Shown: positions 59,901-64,000 of the stretch, one piece after another
Position numbering within the stretch: the first letter of the stretch is position 1
Layout of the letters: the number at the start of each line of letters is the position of its first letter
Assembly (NCBI GenBank): GCA_965603825.1
Contig: CBFDEM010000050.1
Coordinates: 434,001-498,000 of the forward strand
Direction: 5' to 3'
Length of the DNA: 64,000 nt
DNA from: Blepharisma stoltei ATCC 30299
Taxonomy: Eukaryota > Protista > Ciliophora
Made by a program: the position numbers and the translations under genes
The notes under the pieces: model-generated
The model's input: the letters and a program-made list of their open reading frames with translations, nothing else
Databases searched by the model: none
Told to the model about the DNA's origin: nothing

Positions 59901-62900
59901 TTGACTTTAAGCATTAAATTTCCTAATGAGATGGGCTTAACCCATATGCTTACTGTGAAAAATGTGCTCATAATGAGAGAAGATGAGGCCATATAAGAGC
60001 TAGGGGTAAAGTAGTAGCCGCGGTTAAGGGAAGGGATAGGGTCAGCATTGTCAAAAGTAGGATAAATATTTGAGCTGGATGATCCAACTTGAACTCCATT
60101 GACTGTGCCCAATTGAATTAGATTTTGAAGTTGGAGATTAAAGGGCATTTCTGAAATTAAAATGCACTGATTATTGACAGAATCTTGTGTGTATCCTGTT
60201 GGGCATGATGGAGTGCAAACTTGACCTAACAAATAATATCCTGCTAAGCATGAAGAGCATTGACACCACAATTCTGAAACACAGCTTGCACAGCCTGTAT
60301 AGCACTTCGAGATGCAAGAAAATCCATCTGCTGCTTTCATATAGTTATCATCACATGAGCAAGGCATTCCTCAGGCATGAATTACACATTGAATGCATGA
60401 CCCTTCCTCAAACCCTATGCAAACAGAACACAAAGGATCTTGACAAATGTTGCATGTGCCAGGCCGTCTACATCCTAGATCACAAGAATCGCAGGGCTGA
60501 TACGTTATTCCATCAAAATAGTGGCCTATATCACATGACCAAAGACAGCTTGTAGATAAACTAGATCCACAAGGATCTGATAGTCTTGCTGCTAAGTCAA
60601 CATTATCAATGTCCCATAAGGTAAAATAATATATAAAGCCATTAAATCCAGAAGAGCTGCTTTTTCCTATATACAATGTTTCACATGATGCATCTCGAAA
60701 TAATAAATTTTTAGACATAATTGAAGCTTTAGGTATAGCATCAAGATAGGTTGTTATTGTAGTTGAACCGAGTAAATAAGAAATTTCAATAGATAAATAT
60801 GACCAGCCCCTGAAGGTTATTGGCAAAGTATTGACTATAGAAATAGCTTGGGTGGTATTTTCTAGTATAATTTCAGCTGCTCCATTAGAATTTAGCTTAA
60901 GCCTTGGAGATTTTTCTATAATATCACCATCAACTATAGGGTAGATCCAGATTCCAATTGAAAATTTGTAGTTTAGATAAATTTTGGTGTTTGATTGTAA
61001 ATGCTGGTTTCCAGAAAAGTAAAGGCCCCTAGAATAAGAAGGAATGGGATCAGTAGATTCTGGATTTGAAAAGAAATGGTATGTAGAAGCGGAGTTGGAG
61101 GTTTGCAAAATCCCATAAGTTCCTTGAAAATAAGTATCAAAGTTTTGATCAATTATAGATGAGCTTGCTGTAGGTTTGTAGGGGTTCTCGTGCAAGCAAA
61201 TATTACCAGCTAATGCTTTATTGCTTGTGCAATTAGTGCATTCAAAAGAGATAGTAGAGGAGCATGTAGTACAAAGATCGTCACAAACTTCACAGGATTC
61301 TGAAGATTGAACCCAAAAAGCATTGGAATTGCAAGAGCAGGTCCCATTAATTAAGTTAGCATTCGGTATGCAAGCTGTACAATCTCCATCAAAGGACGAA
61401 CATGAAACACATTCCTTGGCTTTGCAAAGTCTGCAAGTCTCCAAGCTCCTGCACCCATGAGTTGAGCAAGAATTAGGGCAAGCAACGCAAATTCCAGATG
61501 AATTAAAAGTGCCAAAAGCACAATCATCAGGACAAATTACTTCAGAAGATCAAGAGCAGCCAGTTTCTATTCATTCGTCATTATAATGAGTGTTTCCATT
61601 AAATACTTTTATGCCTCATAAAAATCCAACAAAACTATCAGCTCCATTTGAATACCCAATATATAATGACCCAGAGTCAATGAAAGGAGACATGCTTTTT
61701 GAGATGTGATTTGATTTCAATTGCTTGTTTATATTCAACCATGTTCTATAAAGTCCGTAATATACACTGCCTCTATAAGCATAATTGTATCAACTATTCT
61801 GATAAGAATTAGATAATTCTGTAGAAATTTCTGACAAGTCTTTTAAAACAAGAGTAATTTTAGGTCCGAGCGAAGCGGTAAAACTAATCTTGAATACTTC
61901 AGCAGATCCATTAAGTTTAAGAAAGAGATTTCCTTGAGTCACAGGTTTAGCCCATATTGAAATTGTATAGAAAGGAGAAATAATTAGTGAGTCGAGGGAC
62001 ATTGAAGATTTAGTGGTAAAATAATAGCCTCTATTGATGCAGGGTATAGGGTCTGCTGAATCTGTTCATAATGGATAATTGTTGGAGCTTGAAGATCCGA
62101 CAGTAAAGCCACTTACTGTATTAAGTTTAATTAAACTTTGCAAGGAAAGTGAAAGTGCTGTAACTGATGACAAAATGCATTGATGGTTGATGAAATCCTG
62201 AGAGTATCCTGTTGGGCAATAGCTCAGACATAATCCATTCAAATAAAAATAATTTTCCAAGCATGAAGAGCACTGATAATACCTAGACCCAGAACACCCT
62301 GCACATCCAATAATGTCTGAGCAAGCCAAAATGCATAAATATGCCATATTGAAAGGAAACAATATATAGTTGATGTCGCATGAACAAGGAGTTGTTGGCC
62401 CTTTTGAAGCGTGCGCCACGCACAAAGTACATAAATTAGGCCCAAAACCTGAGCATTTTGAACAAAATGGATCATCACAAAGATTACATGAATTTTCAGT
62501 TCTGCACCCGATATGAGTACAGGTGCTAGGGCATAATACGCAAGATGATTCATTGTAATAGTGGGAAATAGGGCAACTTCATAGACAAGAAGTATCCAAA
62601 CTTGTCCCACAAGGAATTAACAATTTTGTTGAAAAATCTGTGATCGCGATATTCCATAAGCTAAATTGATAAATAAATCCAGAAAAGGTTGAGTTCGAAG
62701 CACTTTTGCCTATATATAACAAATCAGAGCTTGGCTCTCTATAAAGATAGTTTCCCGGATTAGCTTTTTGTCCAGTAGCACCATTTTTATAAACAGTAAT
62801 AGTTGTTACTCCTTCAGCAAAAAGAATAGTAAAAGAGAGATAGGTCCAGCCTGAAAATTCAGACAATGGTAAAGTTAATGCAGTAACTGCACTCATAGTA

Positions 62901-64000
62901 AAATTATCTAATGTTGCTGTTAAAGAGCCTGATGAATTAAATAAAAAGCTGTTTTGCTTTTGAAGGATATCACCTGAAGTTATTACATAAATCCATAAAC
63001 CCATAGAAAAAGTGTGGCTTAAATAAATGCTATTGCTTGTAACTAAATGCTTTCCGTCTGAAAAATAGAGACCTCTTTTATAAGCAGGAATAGGATCATA
63101 GGAATCAGGGTTGTCCCAAAATTGAAAAGTTAGAGATGAGCTTGACGTATTGAAAATCCCGTATGCGCCTTGAAAGTTAGTATCAAATCCTATATCTATG
63201 ACTTCCGAAGAGACGGCCGTGCATGGATTTGCAGTAAACCCATAAGGACATGCATTCAAACACATACCTCCAATAAGAACTGCTGATCCTTTGCAGGTGT
63301 TGCAAGCAATCCTCGAAGTGCATGCAGAGCATAAATAGTCGCATAAAAGGCACGACCGAGATGAAGAATCTCAAAATGCATTAGAATTGCACGAGCAAAT
63401 ACCTTCTGATAAGCTAGCATTTTCTATACATTTAGTGCAAACCCCATCAAATGAAGTGCAAGCAAGGCATTCTTTATATTTGCAAAGAGTGCAGGTATCT
63501 TGACTTCTACACCCATGTGACGCACAAGCACTACTACATTCAGTACAATTTCCATCATATCGAAACGATCCAAAGCTACAGGTATCAGGACAAAGCAGTT
63601 CTGTAGGACACATATGGCATCCGCCAACACAGCCATCTGTTTTTCATTCAGCATAATAAAAAGAATCAGCATTATATGCTTTTAAGCTTCACAAAAACCC
63701 AGTAAATCCATTCAAGCTTGCCTGATTTCCAATATAAAGAGTTCCTTCATCTATAAATGGCGATTTATTATCTGAAGTCTTTGAAGATTGAAATAATCCA
63801 TCTGCATATAATGATATTATAGTGTTTCCAGTTGAACTTATTGATCCAGTAAAAGCTATATTATGCCACTGGTTAAAATAGTAAGCTGGATATATGAGAG
63901 TAATTGTAGAGGTATCTTGGAGTTTTAGCTGAAGAGAAGGATACCCTTCTGAAGTAAAAGAAAGGAGAAAATAAGCAGATGAGCTAAATTTTGTTGCCAC
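56927..64000 (-). CDS. Giant furin-like/GFR Cys-rich + LamG/concanavalin-like repeat protein (5' end outside window; ~2350 codons visible; one intron)
   Basis: All minus-strand ORF pieces from 64000 to 56927 share one frame when ~21 TGA are read as Trp (e.g. GFL-TGA vs GFL-TGG, SCL-TGA-SC vs SCLWSC) and a 15-nt intron is removed. Recurrent DPIP..RGLYF, FTISIW.KP and FxGFIY motifs occur, with a ~2.0-2.1-kb super-repeat. Confidence 0.9.
57241..57255 (-). other. 15-nt spliceosomal intron
   Basis: GTAAGTAATATTTAG contains the only in-frame TAA of the gene; removal keeps the frame. Confidence 0.85.

Noticed and set aside
1-64000. Mycoplasma/mitochondrial origin, or selenocysteine, as the explanation for TGA
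   Set aside because: Spliceosomal introns and HECT, ubiquitin, Kelch and LRR content are nuclear eukaryotic; TGA alternates with TGG, not with Cys codons.

Overview
AT-rich eukaryotic nuclear DNA, most likely a heterotrich ciliate of the Blepharisma type. TGA is read as Trp (TGA/TGG swap between paralogues and TGA sits at canonical Trp sites), genes end in TAA/TAG, and introns are 15 nt GT-AG. The supplied standard-code ORF track therefore breaks real genes into pieces. The window is a gene birth-and-death region. It holds (i) a family of giant Ser/Thr-rich surface proteins, with one intact 2262-aa gene (26536-33324) and three damaged or truncated paralogues, two of which form a ~4.9-kb inverted repeat; (ii) a 5'-truncated SPRY/HECT pseudogene, an F-box-like/Kelch pseudogene, and a ubiquitin-like+LRR gene with a decayed inverted paralogue; (iii) two intron-containing putative winged-helix genes; (iv) a frameshifted LINE-ORF1/gag-like zinc-knuckle gene; (v) a minus-strand array of Cys-rich (furin-like/GFR) plus LamG-like secreted-protein genes and relics. 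The most notable signals are complete TGA avoidance in the intact surface-protein gene, clustered amino-acid changes between the inverted copies, several TA-bounded IES-like indels (one palindromic), and a possible Cys-rich peptide polyprotein. All alignments and counts were done by eye; no tRNA, rRNA, CRISPR or telomeric repeat was recognised.
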